DNA from: Octopus bimaculoides
Lineage: Eukaryota
Assembly (NCBI RefSeq): GCF_001194135.2
Contig: NC_068984.1
Span: forward strand, 111,454,651-111,518,347
DNA: 63,697 nt
Direction: 5' to 3'
Made by a program: the position numbers and the translations under genes. Below, in pieces: positions 38,501 to 51,161 of the stretch (position 1 is its first letter; each line of letters begins with the position of its first letter). Below the pieces are notes generated by a model. It saw only the letters and a program-made list of their open reading frames with translations. It did not search any database and was not told the DNA's origin.

Positions 38501-39686
38501 TCAGGTCATCTCATAAGTTCTGTCCAATTTTACCTTTTTTAGAATTGAATGAAATTTAATAGTATTTTAGAATGTCTAATGGAATTAAAAAATATTTTTA
38601 TGCATTTGAGTACATTTAAACTAATTAAATATTATTTTACAGAATAATAGAATTAAAATTTCTTTGATTAAAACCCTTTCTAACATGGAAGTATCCAAAG
38701 AGCATTTCAGGCACATAATGCTTTATGAGTACAGAAAAGGAAAGTCTGCAGCCAAAGCGACTCAAAACATACACTCAGTTTATGGGAAAGAATGCTTGAA
38801 TGAAAGAACTTGCAGTTGTTGGTTTTCAATATTCAGATGTGGAGATTTCAGCCTTGAAGATGAAGATCGAACAGGATGTCCAGTTGAGTTTGATGATGAG
38901 CTCTTTGAGGCAATACTTGAAGGTAATCCAGCATTATCAGTTGAAGAATTGGCAATAAAGCTTAGTTCAAACCATACAACTGTTCATCGTCATCTTCAAC
39001 AATTTGGAAAGGTTCCTAAACTTGGAAAATGGGTGCCTCACGAATTGTCCGAAAGCAACCGCAAAATTCCGAGTTGACATCTGCTCTTCTCTCCATTCTC
39101 ACAAACTCATTTCACCCTTTTTGGATAGACTTGTGACTGGTGACAAAAAATGGGTCTTCTATCGAAATGTTAAATGTCGTAAACACTGGCTTGATAAAAG
39201 GGAAAAAGCTCAACCACAACCGAAAAGGAAACTTCATGGAGAAAAGGTTCTTCTCTCTATCTGGTGGGATTGCAAAGTAATTTGCTTTGAATTGTTACCA
39301 CCTAATGCAACAATCAATGCTCAAATCTACTGTCAGCAATTAGAGTGTTTGAACCAAGCTTTGAAGAAAAAAAAGACCCGCTTTAGTGAATTTGAAAGGA
39401 GTGATGTTTCATCAGGACAATGCGCAACCCCACACTGCAAAGATCACATCACAGAAGATCAAAGAGCTTGGTTAGGAAAAAAATTTCTCATCCACCTTAT
39501 TCTCCCAACTTTCTCCCCTTCAGACTACCATTTGTTTCATAGTTTACAGAATCAATTAGGGGACATAACTTTCGCAAGCCAGAAGGAGGTCGAAACTGAC
39601 ATTTCAGAGTCCTTAGCTTTGAAACCAAGAGTTTTACTTTGATGGGATTAAAAAGCTTGTAAATAGATGGAAGGAAGTCAAAATCT
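38501..39686 (+). mobile_element. Mariner (DD34D) transposon with frameshifted transposase; right TIR missing
   Basis: TA then tcaggtcatctcataagttctgtcc. ATG at 38685: MEVSKEHFRH..., WVPHEL, VTGDKKWV, HQDNA, FSPSDYHLF; several frameshifts. Confidence 0.95.
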
Positions 39687-39689
39687 GAC

Positions 39690-40200
39690 AGCATGGACTC
39701 AGCATAGTTGGAAAACTAAGGATATGGCTGCATGACTTTCTGAAAGGTAAGAGTCAGTGTTACCAGCAATGCTCTTTCAAAAGAGACATTAGAGGAATCG
39801 GTCAAGGAAGCTTACTAGGACAACTACTGTTTGTGGTCAATCTCTCAGACTATTTTAATCATGCAATCAGTGACTCACAGTAGCTATATAGAGTAGCACA
39901 GGTAGCCAAGAACCTCAAAACTACAGAAAGACCTGAATACAGTATATATAGATGGATTGAAGAACATGACATGCAAATTCAATACTGGAAATTTTCCCCA
40001 AGCTAGACAGAATCAGGTGGTATCACATAAGTCACAAGTGATGCATGATCTGGGAATCCATATAAGCAATGAAATATCGTTTTAAGTGAATATTACTAAA
40101 ATGGAAACAATTTGCCATTGACTTCTGAGATCATCAAGAACAGAGAAAAAGGAATTCATATTGATCCTGTGTTGAACATTGTGTCTAGTTGTCAAAAGGT
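39690..40200 (+). mobile_element. CR1/L2-like reverse transcriptase remnant
   Basis: GIVGKLRIWLHDFL, GIGQGSLLGQLLF, LQKDLNTVYRW, DLGI motifs in broken frames. Confidence 0.7.
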
Positions 40201-40520
40201 TCTATGTCCTAGAGAAAAGATGTGAAAGATATGCAGTGATAGACATACATACATACATACATACATACATACATACATACACATGTACGTACATACATAA
40301 ATACATATAAACAAATTCATATTTGTTTTCTAGAAGTGGTGAATGACAAGAAATTAATATTTTGAACACAATAATAATACCCAGTTTTTTGTTATTTTCA
40401 TGGCAATACTGCATTTGAAATATTACTTTCTTGTTTATATAATACGATATGCACATCCATCCATCCATACATACATACATACATACATAAATACATACAT
40501 ACATGCATGCAAAAATACCC

Positions 40521-40625
40521 TGTTGTTGATGTTGAAATTCTCATGAAGGAACCTTGGATCTAGGTTAGAACCGATTCTTTTTCTATTGGCAAGAAATCTT
40601 GAGATAAACTGAATAATGGCATACA
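40521..40625 (+). mobile_element. 3' UTR of the (CATA)n-associated RLE LINE
   Basis: Matches 4373-4475; (CATA)n on both sides. Confidence 0.8.
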
Positions 40626-40894
40626 TACATATAATGGACTCTCCTATTGAAAACGATCTATTAGTGTTCAACATTTGCTGAATGACTTGCACAAGTGATT
40701 TGGTTATAGTTATCAAAATTATGTGCTGTACATTAACTTACTCCCTCCATCAAATTGATGTCGCCTGAATAGGTGTGCAGTGTACCATGCCTCAGGTGTT
40801 GAAGTGATTGCAGCGCAATGCGAGATGAAGTGTTTGGCTTAAGAACACAATGCAGAACTGGTCTAACACTTTAACCACAAGACCATACATTCCC

Positions 40895-40935
<41 letters not shown>

Positions 40936-41144
40936 TGTTTCTGTGTGTCTGTGTTGTGGAGGGTCTACTACCTAAGTAGATGGCATTGCATAATTACAGA
41001 TGTCACAATTGCTTCATCTAAAACGATGGTTCTCAACAAGAGTCCACATGACGCTTGGAGACCCATACAAGATTTTGTTGCTGTTAAATTTCATGTGCAA
41101 TAAATTGGTTATACTTCTACAAAAATATTTTAACAATATAGACA

Positions 41145-41405
41145 CAGAAGTGGCTGTGCGGTAAGTAGCTTGCTTACCAACCACATGGTTCCGGGTTCAG
41201 TCCCACTGCGTGGCACTTTGGGCAAGTGTCTTCTGCTATACCCTCGATGGTGGTGTGTTTACGTCCCCGTAACTTAGCAGTTCGCCAAAAAGAGATCGAT
41301 AGAATAAGTACTAGGCTTACAAAGAATAAGTCATGGGGTCGATTTGCTCGACTAAAGGCGGTGCTCCAGCATGGCCACAGTCAAATGACTGAAACGAGTA
41401 AAAGA
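41145..41405 (+). mobile_element. SINE family A with internal deletion
   Basis: The head joins the 3' domain directly at ctatacc|ctcgatggtggtg; the microsatellite region is absent. Confidence 0.85.
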
Positions 41406-41829
41406 ATATTTTATACAATTCCTAATATTTAATTATAAAAATATGATAGGAATTTTTTTACATTGATTGGTAATGAGGGCCCACCTAAGTAAAATAGCAA
41501 TCTAAAGATAAAAAAAGGGTTGCAAAGCATTGATCTAGAAAAGGAGCCAGATACTGTAACAATTTAGGATTCTAGGGCCCACAGACTTATAATATTTTGC
41601 CAAAAGGGCCTGAGAGGTCTATGAGACATAAATTCGGATAAATTGAATGAAACACTACAGTATACTCATACACTACAGTAAAATGTCCAAATGAGAGCAG
41701 TGTTATCCAACATTTGCTTTCTGCAACATTAGGCATAGAGTAAGGGCTGTGAAAATGAAATAAGATAAACTAATGACCATATGAACTGAAATGCTCCAGC
41801 AGAGCCATAACCTCTGGTTATATAATAGT

Positions 41830-42007
41830 ATGTATGCTTGTGTTTATGTTTGTGTCTGCATGTGTGTATGTATAGTATATATACATACATGTACATATAC
41901 ATATATATATATATATATATGTGTGAATGTGTGAATATATATGTATGTGTGAGCATGTGTACATATATATATGAATGTACATATATGCATACAAATGTAT
42001 ATATGCA

Positions 42008-42055
<48 letters not shown>

Positions 42056-42113
42056 AATGCATGTATACACTCACAAATGTATAATGCATATATATATGTA
42101 TATATATACATAC

Positions 42114-42149
<36 letters not shown>

Positions 42150-42700
42150 CAATATATTTACATATATATCCATATGCACACACAACATGCAAGACATTTG
42201 CTCTGTTGCTTCACCATGCTACTGACTTTCTTTTTGAGGAACAAAAAAGCAAATAACAACAACAACAACAACAGCAAGAATATTGAATACAAATGTATTT
42301 TTAAAAATACAACGAAAACAACAACAAAAAAGTGGCATTGCTGCCTCTTAGCGAAATAGAGGTAAAATATTGCAAAGATTAGATTTTTCATATATTCAAC
42401 TGAAAATGCATTTTCTATTTGTAAACATTAATGTTAAACAACCAGCCATTATTTGTATTATATCAGCAAACTCACACACACACACACACACACACGCACA
42501 CTCATAGACACATACTTACACTCAGTCATATGCATTCTCTATTTTCTTTGCCTCTTCCAAACACATGCACCCATCTGTAAATATGCTTGTAAGTGTCAAG
42601 ACACTTTTCTTTAAGAATGTATGTGCATGTTTGTATGTGTGTATATATATAGATACATACATGGACAATGAACTTTCAATTATGATGATGATGATATATT

Positions 42701-42739
<39 letters not shown>

Positions 42740-42749
42740 NNNNNNNNNN

Positions 42750-42790
<41 letters not shown>

Positions 42791-43180
42791 TCATATGTAC
42801 ATAGATATAATATATATATACACATATATATAATGTGTATATATGTAATCTATACAATATAAATATACATGTAAATATGTGTATATGTGTGTGTATATAT
42901 ACATATATGTTTATACATATATACATACATATTTATAATATATATATATATAAGTATATAAGTATATATGTATATATGTGTGCATGTATACATATATATA
43001 TTATATATATATATGTATACATATATATATATATTTGTATATATTTGTTGATATATATATATATATATATATAATGTTATACATATATGTTTATATATAT
43101 ACACTCACACATAAATCATTTTGATAAGTAAAAATAAAATAGTCTTGAAAATAGAGGCACATGCACACATATGCATGTGT

Positions 43181-43221
<41 letters not shown>

Positions 43222-43330
43222 CATACTGATTTATACACAGATCTAATAAACACTTCATATTCCAAAATACATGCATGCACACACACACACAAAATACCCC
43301 ACACATGTACATATGTATGTATATATATTT
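41830..43330. repeat. Long compound (TA)n/(TG)n/(CA)n microsatellite region
   Basis: Direct reading. Confidence 0.85.
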
Positions 43331-43544
43331 ATCTTACCAAATACGATATAAATCTTATATAAATTTGTATATATGGTTCCAAGGCTGATGCTGGCATTTC
43401 GCATGGTTTTCTCATTATTGTAGCAGTTGTTTTTTTTTATATTTTATTGTTTTGCCATTGTTGTTGTTGCTGTGGTGTTATTTTTAGTCATCACTGCAGT
43501 TGATTTTGTAATTTATTTATTTTTATAAATTTATTATTATTCTT

Positions 43545-43759
43545 TCATTCTTTTACTTGTTTCAGTCTTTTGACTGTGGCCATGTTGAAGCACTGCCTTT
43601 AGTTGAATACATTGAGCCCGGGACTCATTCTTTGTAATCCTAGTACTTATTCTATCAGTCTCTTTTTTGAACTGCTGAGTTACAGGGAGGTAAAAACACC
43701 AATATTAGTTGTCAAGCGATGGTGGGTGGACGAACACAGACACACAAATACATACATAT

Positions 43760-43815
<56 letters not shown>
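43545..43815 (-). mobile_element. SINE family A 3' half
   Basis: Tail to (CA)n. Confidence 0.8.
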
Positions 43816-43847
<32 letters not shown>

Positions 43848-44222
43848 TTTATTTAAAAGCAGTAGAAATATAACAAAAGACTGTTCACNNNNNNNNNNNN
43901 NNNNNNNNNNNNNNNNNNNNNNNNNNNNNNNNNNNNNNNNNNNNNNNNNNNNNNNNNNNNNNNNNNNNNNNNNNNNNNNNNNNNNNNNNNNNNNNNNNNN
44001 NNNNNNNNNNNNNNNNNNNNNNNNNNNNNNNNNNNNNNNNNNNNNNNNNNNNNNNNNNNNNNNNNNNNNNNNNNNNNNNNNNNNNNNNNNNNNNNNNNNN
44101 NNNNNNNNNNNNNNNNNNNNNNNNNNNNNNNNNNNNNNNNNNNNNNNNNNNNNNNNNNNNNNNNNNNNNNNNNNNNNNNNNNNNNNNNNNNNNNNNNNNN
44201 NNNNNNNNNNNNNNNNNNNNNN

Positions 44223-44490
44223 CCTTGTGCCAGAATTTGAATCCAGTAATTTTAACTCTCTTTGCGGTAGGGAACTGGCAGACTTATTAGCATGCCGAGC
44301 AAAAAGCCTGGCAGCAATTCCTTCGTCTTCAAGTTCTGAGTTCAAATACCACCAGGATCAGTTTCACCTTTCATCCTTTCAGGGCTGATAAAATACACTG
44401 TGAGGGGTGGGGGGTGGGGGGTCAGTGTAATCAACTTGTAACACTTACCTCTCCTAAAATTGCTGGCTTTGTGGCAAAATTTAAAAACCA
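44223..44490 (+). mobile_element. SINE family C
   Basis: gaactggcagacttattagc...gagttcaaatac...cctttcatcctttc. Confidence 0.7.
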
Positions 44491-44934
44491 ATATTTTGAA
44501 AAATTTTATCTACTAATATTTTTCTGAGATATTTTTCCACATATTTTCAATTATATTCCTTTTGTTATTATCTATAATTTTATTCTCATCTCCCATCCAG
44601 AACCTTTTCTCATACCTCATTCCACTCCATCTCATTCAGCCTCCCTCCATTCTTCTATCTTACCTTTCGAGAAAATGATTTTCCTACATAGTCATTTTCC
44701 TTCAAATTTCACTACCATTTCTGTTTAAATGTGGCAAAGCTCTTCCCAATATAAACCAATAATCAGAGATTAGTTCCGCAGAGCACCCAAAGAATGGTAA
44801 GCAGTTGACAAGTCTGATAAAAGCCTTCTAATCAGAGAATTTGTCAGGCAGATTTATCAGAAATAGTTTGCGTCTTATGGTATGTATCGTGCTGGATAAA
44901 AGTTGACAATAATAGCAATAAGAAATATTATTAA

Positions 44935-45042
44935 AGATGATGATGATGACGACAACGACAATGATGACGATAACGACAGGGATGACGATGATGATAAGGA
45001 TGATGACAACAACGATGATGATGATGATGATGATGATGATAT

Positions 45043-45078
<36 letters not shown>

Positions 45079-45135
45079 TGGATGCGGATGTTAGTTAGCG
45101 ATTACAATGATGCTGACAACAACGATGACAATGAT
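44935..45135. repeat. (GAT/GAC)n microsatellite
   Basis: Direct reading. Confidence 0.9.
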
Positions 45136-45326
45136 GATCAAATAAGAGGAGGCAGAGGAGGAGGAGAAGGAAGGGGAGTAGTAGGAGGATGTTAATTCTT
45201 TGAAATACATGTTAGTTATTTATGAATATACACATGCATGTATACAAATGCACATAAATACCTATACCCATGTGTGTGTGTGTGTATACATACATGCATG
45301 GCAGTATGCATGCATACTATGTATAT

Positions 45327-45362
<36 letters not shown>

Positions 45363-45933
45363 GTGCATACATACAGATAAATAGATAGATAGATAGATAT
45401 ACATACATATACATACTTATTAGCTGTACATATAAATAACTATATTTACAGAAATGCAAGCAGAAATATGTACGGGTGTGTGTTTGTGTGTGTGTTGGTG
45501 GTGGGGTGATCAACACTAAAGATTATGGAAATAATTTACATTAAAGATCTATTCTGGGACCTGAACTTGATGCATCCCTTCTAAAATATTCTCTAAACAT
45601 AGCTGGCTCATCGGTAGAGAGCCTGTTTCAATCCTCTCTGAATACTTCAGAATTATCAAAATGGGAATTTTAAGTATATGGTCACAGCAAAACTTCTGCA
45701 GGAAAATCCATGTAATTGAATGTGAAAATTTACATTTAAATTACATTTTCAGCTTCTTCGTTAAATTTCATTCTTATGGCATCTTCATCTCTTTAACCCC
45801 CCCCCCCCCCCACACACACACACACACCACAAATTTTTTCTGTCACATTCAGAATGATTGACCTTATGTTGAAGGAAGCTTATATCTGAATTCTTTAGAA
45901 TGGGATTGAAACTTTAATATTCCCTTGTATATT

Positions 45934-46316
45934 ACTCTTTTACTTGCTTCAGTCATTTGACTGTGGCCATGCTGGAGCACCGCTTTTAGTCGAGCAAGTC
46001 AACCCCGGGACTTATTCTTTGTAAGCCTAGTAGTTATTCTATCGATCTCTTTTTGCCAAACCTCTAAGTGTCGGGGACATAAGCACACCAGCATCGGTTG
46101 TCAAGCAATGCTAGGGGGACAAACACAGACACACAAATACACATATATATACATATATACGACGGGCTTCCTTCAGTTTCCGTCTACCAAATCCACTCAC
46201 AAGGCTTTGGTCAGCCCGAGACTATAGTAGAAGACACTTGCTCAAGGTGCCACGCAGTGGGACTGAACCCAGAACCATGTGGTTGGTAAGCAAGCTACTT
46301 ACCACACTCCTGCACC
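45934..46316 (-). mobile_element. SINE family A
   Basis: Full-length consensus match. Confidence 0.9.
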
Positions 46317-46579
46317 TATTAGAAAGAATGAATGCCTAAATATTTGTTGTTGCCTAGCCCTAGTCCCTTTCTAATTGAACAGGCTTAAAACAAAACCTGA
46401 TATTCCATCAATGACCATCCTGTCATTTTTCTCTTTCTTCTTTATTTTTTTATTCTTTTTTTGATGTGCAGGGAATCCAGAACCACATTGGGCCAAAGTG
46501 ATCCTTTTGTTTGCTTAAATGTTGGGATGTGATTTGGGAATGGAAATGTCTTTGTATATATGTATTTGAGAATGTTTCT

Positions 46580-46811
46580 TATATCTCTTTTACTCTTTAC
46601 TCTTTAACTTGTTTCAGTCATTTGACTGCGGCCATGCTGGAGCACTACCTTTTAATTGAGCAAATCGACCCCAGGACTTATTCTTTGGAAGCCTAGTACT
46701 TATTCTATCGGTCTCTTTTGCCGAACCGCTAAGTTACGGGAACGTAAACACACCAGCATCGGTTGTCAAGCGGTGTTGGGGGGACAAACACAGACACACA
46801 AACATATGCAC

Positions 46812-46873
<62 letters not shown>

Positions 46874-47038
46874 ACGACGAGTTTCTTTCAGTTTCTGTCT
46901 ACCAAATCCACTCACAAGGCTTTGGTCGGCCCGAGGCTATAGTAGAAGACACGTGCCCAAGGTGTCACGCAGTGGGAATGAATGTGGAACCATGTGGTTG
47001 GTAAGCAAGCTACTTACCACACAGCCACTCCTGCACCT
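46580..47038 (-). mobile_element. SINE family A
   Basis: Full-length consensus match. Confidence 0.9.
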
Positions 47039-47062
47039 ATATGTGTATGCAATTATGTATGC

Positions 47063-47158
47063 ATGTATTTATTTCAAGATTTCTTGCCAACAGACAAAAA
47101 GCTGGTTTCTAACCTAGATCCAAGGCTCCTTCATTGGATTCTCAACAACTCCAACAGT
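47063..47158 (-). mobile_element. 3' UTR of the (CATA)n-associated RLE LINE
   Basis: Reverse complement of 4373-4475 (ccttggatctaggttagaaacc). Confidence 0.75.
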
Positions 47159-47857
47159 GTATTTTTGAATATACAAATTTAACCAAAAGTAACCTTACAG
47201 TAAATCAAAACCATTCAATTCCAAGTTTAAAACAAAAAGTTATTTTTTATGAGACTTCGCTCATAAATAGACAAATGTTGGGAAAAAATGGTGATTTTAA
47301 CTCACAGCATTCAATTATTAAACATTCATAGTTGAAATAAATAAACAAAATTGAATGTCAAGTATTTATGGAATTTTGATTTACTGTCGGGCGACTTTTA
47401 CCCAACCCTGTATGTATATATGCAGATTTGTATGGTTTGTTTTATGTGTATATTCATGTATTCTCATGCATATAAAGTAATCACTCGCCATATGGCAGTT
47501 CACCTATCACACCCTCAGTACATTGCAGATTTTTGGGGCTAATATATGTAAATTTATATTACGGACTCCTCAGTATATTGTGGGTTTCTGTGGCTGATAG
47601 ATATTTATATTTTTTTAGATTTTAATTATTTCTGTGGTAAAATATGCATTTTCATGCCTAAAAATTATCCTGCACTGTATAGCATTAATTAAAATATATT
47701 AAAAGAAAATACGTAGTGTACCGTAGATGAATAAACAAAGAATTTCAAATACTGTATGGAAAATAAAACTCATGGGGCAAGTGTGTGGTGTTGTTTTGCA
47801 TTTATAATAAAATGAATATATACAAAGTATAAAAATAATAATAGTTGAAGGATTACT

Positions 47858-48065
47858 GTAGTTACATATCTAGACAAGGTCATATATACTAAGATGATAA
47901 ACTTCTGGAAAGTTTTACAGATTTTTACAGTTCCAGTGATGGCTTGGATCAGTAGTCTTCGAATTAGCTTTCTCCTTTCTGGTTTTGAAAAAATGGTATC
48001 TCAAAAATGGTATCTCGGCAGTGTGTTACATATCACAATGCCCCAATAATTACAGATATAAACCT
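47858..48065 (-). mobile_element. RLE LINE C-terminal fragment
   Basis: RFISVIIGAL..., KLIRRLLIQAITGTVKICKTFQKFII. The 5' junction abuts (CATA)n at 48066-48180. Confidence 0.8.
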
Positions 48066-48111
48066 AGCATGTATGCATGTATATATGCATGTATGTATGC
48101 ATGCATGCATG

Positions 48112-48145
<34 letters not shown>

Positions 48146-48288
48146 TGTATGTGTGTGTGTGTGTGTGTGTATGTTTGTATGTATGTACTGGGTATGACAT
48201 TAAACTGTATTTGGTGATGAAGCTCCAGTTCAGGAGTTGTGGGGAGTGTGCAGGCACTCTTTAATTACCCTTATTCTCATATCTTAGC

Positions 48289-48474
48289 TCTGTATTTAAG
48301 AGATGAGGAATTATGTGCATTATTTACATTATTTACATTTGACGGATATCTGTCCTCATCTTGTTTGTTGTTAACACAACGTTTCTGCTGATATACCCTC
48401 AGCCTTCTTCAGGTGTCTTGGGGAAATTTCGAACCTGGGTTCTCATTCCTAAGGTATTTTTCGATGTTATTATC

Positions 48475-48505
<31 letters not shown>

Positions 48506-48574
48506 TCACTGCTTGGAATCGAACTTGGAATTTTGGGGTTAGTAGCCCGCACTCTTAACCACTACGCCATATGC
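48289..48574 (-). mobile_element. SINE family D: tRNA head, (AAT)n, hammerhead motif, Penelope-like AT-rich 3' end
   Basis: Minus strand: tggcgtagtggttaag (A box), gttcgattcc (B box), (AAT)n, then gacac-ctgaaga-a-ggctg..cagca-gaaacgtt-gtgtt. Confidence 0.85.
48373..48417 (-). ncRNA. Minimal type I hammerhead ribozyme motif
   Basis: Stem I GACAC/GUGUU, core CUGAAGA plus one extra A, stem II GGCUG/CAGCA (closing pair mismatched here but CAGCC in the 7.5-kb copy), GAAA, palindromic ACGU in place of stem III. Confidence 0.6.
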
Positions 48575-48900
48575 AGACTGCATGTTGTATCACTGCAAAA
48601 CTACTGCACATACAGACAGTTCACACTGGCCCTTCCCTGAGAAAAGCTCTGTCCAAGAACAACACCTCTGAAGAGTGCACATTGTCGAACTGCCCCATCA
48701 ATGACCCTGAATTGTACCAGAAGACCTATGTTGTATATGAGATCATCTGTAGCAAATGTGGCGCATCTTACATCAGAAACACAAGAAAACTGCACATACG
48801 CATTAAGGCAGGCACTTGCATGAAGAAACATCTACAGAAATGCCAACTCAGAAGTTCACAGTGCACATCAAGGCAACACAGCGGAACAGGGGCAACCTTA
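48575..48900 (+). mobile_element. Penelope-like GIY-YIG endonuclease remnant
   Basis: CTLSNCPI...YVVYEIICSKCGASYIRNTRKLHIRIK. Confidence 0.75.
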
Positions 48901-49299
48901 GAATCTCTGAGGCCATCCTCATACACAAGAGAGTTACAGGAAGCTAGTTGGTTGCTATAGCAACACTCTTCTGTGTATATCCACTCCACACATGCTCCCA
49001 CACACATGCACATCGGCAACATTCGTCGATTTCTTGAAAATGGAGCCATAACCTCAAACTATTGATCACAAGGTAAGTCTAAATTAATTCACATATTTGT
49101 TTTCCTGGTTTACCTTGCATTTACTTCACATTGTTTTGGCCTTAACCACGATCCTTTATACAAAATATTCTACACAATGCTTCACAGTAATTATTCCATT
49201 ATAATATATATTTATATATGTGTGTATATATATATATATATTACATTCCTCCATGGCTAGATTTAATTTGCGTATACAAATTTAATCTGCGATCCATGG

Positions 49300-49508
49300 G
49301 ACGAGCCGTTTTAACGATGCGTCCTGCCCGAAGCTCGTCGAAACGCCGGTGTTAAAACGTGGGTAGCTGATGAAGTAGAATGTTCTCTATGTGGCTCGTG
49401 TGTTCTCGTCTACGTTTGTTTGCAATGTCCTGTACCCAGATATGCACCTATACATACAGGTGGATGTCGGTATGCACATACCTGTACGTATATATGCATT
49501 TACTTTTG

Positions 49509-49510
<2 letters not shown>
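49300..49510 (+). repeat. Dispersed repeat family E
   Basis: Inverse copy of 29080-29272; CpG-rich 5' part. Confidence 0.8.
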
Positions 49511-49543
<33 letters not shown>

Positions 49544-50476
49544 CAATAAGAAAATGAAGGGAAATATGTGGTACTCATCAACTTGCAGACACTGTACTAT
49601 GTTAATTAACTTGTTTATTTTTCAACCAAAAGGACAATAAAGACAATAANNNNNNNNNNNNNNNNNNNNNNNNNNNNNNNNNNNNNNNNNNNNNNNNNNN
49701 NNNNNNNNNNNNNNNNNNNNNNNNNNNNNNNNNNNNNNNNNNNNNNNNNNNNNNNNNNNNNNNNNNNNNNNNNNNNNNNNNNNNNNNNNNNNNNNNNNNN
49801 NNNNNNNNNNNNNNNNNNNNNNNNNNNNNNNNNNNNNNNNNNNNNNNNNNNNNNNNNNNNNNNNNNNNNNNNNNNNNNNNNNNNNNNNNNNNNNNNNNNN
49901 NNNNNNNNNNNNNNNNNNNNNNNNNNNNNNNNNNNNNNNNNNNNNNNNNNNNNNNNNNNNNNNNNNNNNNNNNNNNNNNNNNNNNNNNNNNNNNNNNNNN
50001 NNNNNNNNNNNNNNNNNNNNNNNNNNNNNNNNNNNNNNNNNNNNNNNNNNNNNNNNNNNNNNNNNNNNNNNNNNNNNNNNNNNNNNNNNNNNNNNNNNNN
50101 NNNNNNNNNNNNNNNNNNNNNNNNNNNNNNNNNNNNNNNNNNNNNNNNNNNNNNNNNNNNNNNNNNNNNNNNNNNNNNNNNNNNNNNNNNNNNNNNNNNN
50201 NNNNNNNNNNNNNNNNNNNNNNNNNNNNNNNNNNNNNNNNNNNNNNNNNNNNNNNNNNNNNNNNNNNNNNNNNNNNNNNNNNNNNNNNNNNNNNNNNNNN
50301 NNNNNNNNNNNNNNNNNNNNNNNNNNNNNNNNNNNNNNNNNNNNNNNNNNNNNNNNNNNNNNNNNNNNNNNNNNNNNNNNNNNNNNNNNNNNNNNNNNNN
50401 NNNNNNNNNNNNNNNNNNNNNNNNNNNNNNNNNNNNNNNNNNNNNNNNNNNATATATATATATATATATATATATA

Positions 50477-50860
50477 TATAGCAATAAGAAAATGAAGGGA
50501 AATATGTGGTACTCATCAACTTGCAGACACTGTACTATGTTAATTAACTTGTTTATTTTTCAACCAAAAGGACAATAAAGACAATAAACAAACACATGTG
50601 ACGCACTATGTCATATCAACAATTAAAAATTAGAAATTCAAAAGTACATCTAGTTTTGTCCCTTCTTCGGTCACTAGATGTACTTTTGAATTTTGAATTC
50701 TTAATTTTTAATTGTTGATATGACACAGTGTGTCACATGTGTTTTTTGTATATTGTCTTTATTGTCCTTTTAGTTGAAAAATAAACAAGTTGATTAACAT
50801 AGTACAGTGTCTGCAAGTCGATGAGTACCACATATTCCCCTCCATTTTCTTATTGCTATA
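50477..50860. mobile_element. Foldback (palindromic) element with ~180-bp arms and an 18-nt loop
   Basis: gcaataagaaaatg...aaagtacatctagt [tttgtcccttcttcggtc] actagatgtacttt...cattttcttattgc. Confidence 0.9.
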
Positions 50861-51021
50861 TAAATTTAGGGTAAAACCTCCTTTTACCCACACCCATTTA
50901 TTGCACTTGGTAAAAACACTAGTGTAATAATAATTGGGTACCCTCCCAGCAGTATATTGGATAGATATTATCCCTTTGTTGGGTTGGATTCAGAACCCCT
51001 AACTCTCTTGGATTATATATA

Positions 51022-51161
51022 TATCATCATCATCGTTTAACGTCCGCTTTCCATGCTAGCATAGGTTGGACGATTTGACAGAGGACTGGTTAACCAGATG
51101 GCTACCCCAGGCTCCAATCTGATTTGGCAGAGTTTCTACAGCTGGATGCCCTTCCTAACAC

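Noticed and set aside
45595-45669. Possible terminal exon AGSSVESLFQSSLNTSELSKWEF*
   Set aside because: Only an acceptor plus a short open frame, which is expected by chance.
48503-48574. SINE heads as functional tRNA genes
   Set aside because: A and B boxes are present, but the acceptor stem is incomplete and the heads are fused to repeat bodies.
49335-49385. Type II hammerhead in family E
   Set aside because: Stem II pairing appears in only one of two copies, and stem I cannot be folded.
49540-49649. Third copy of the 50.5-kb foldback arm
   Set aside because: It is identical to 50478-50587 and ends at the gap edge, so it is most likely a contig-end overlap artefact.
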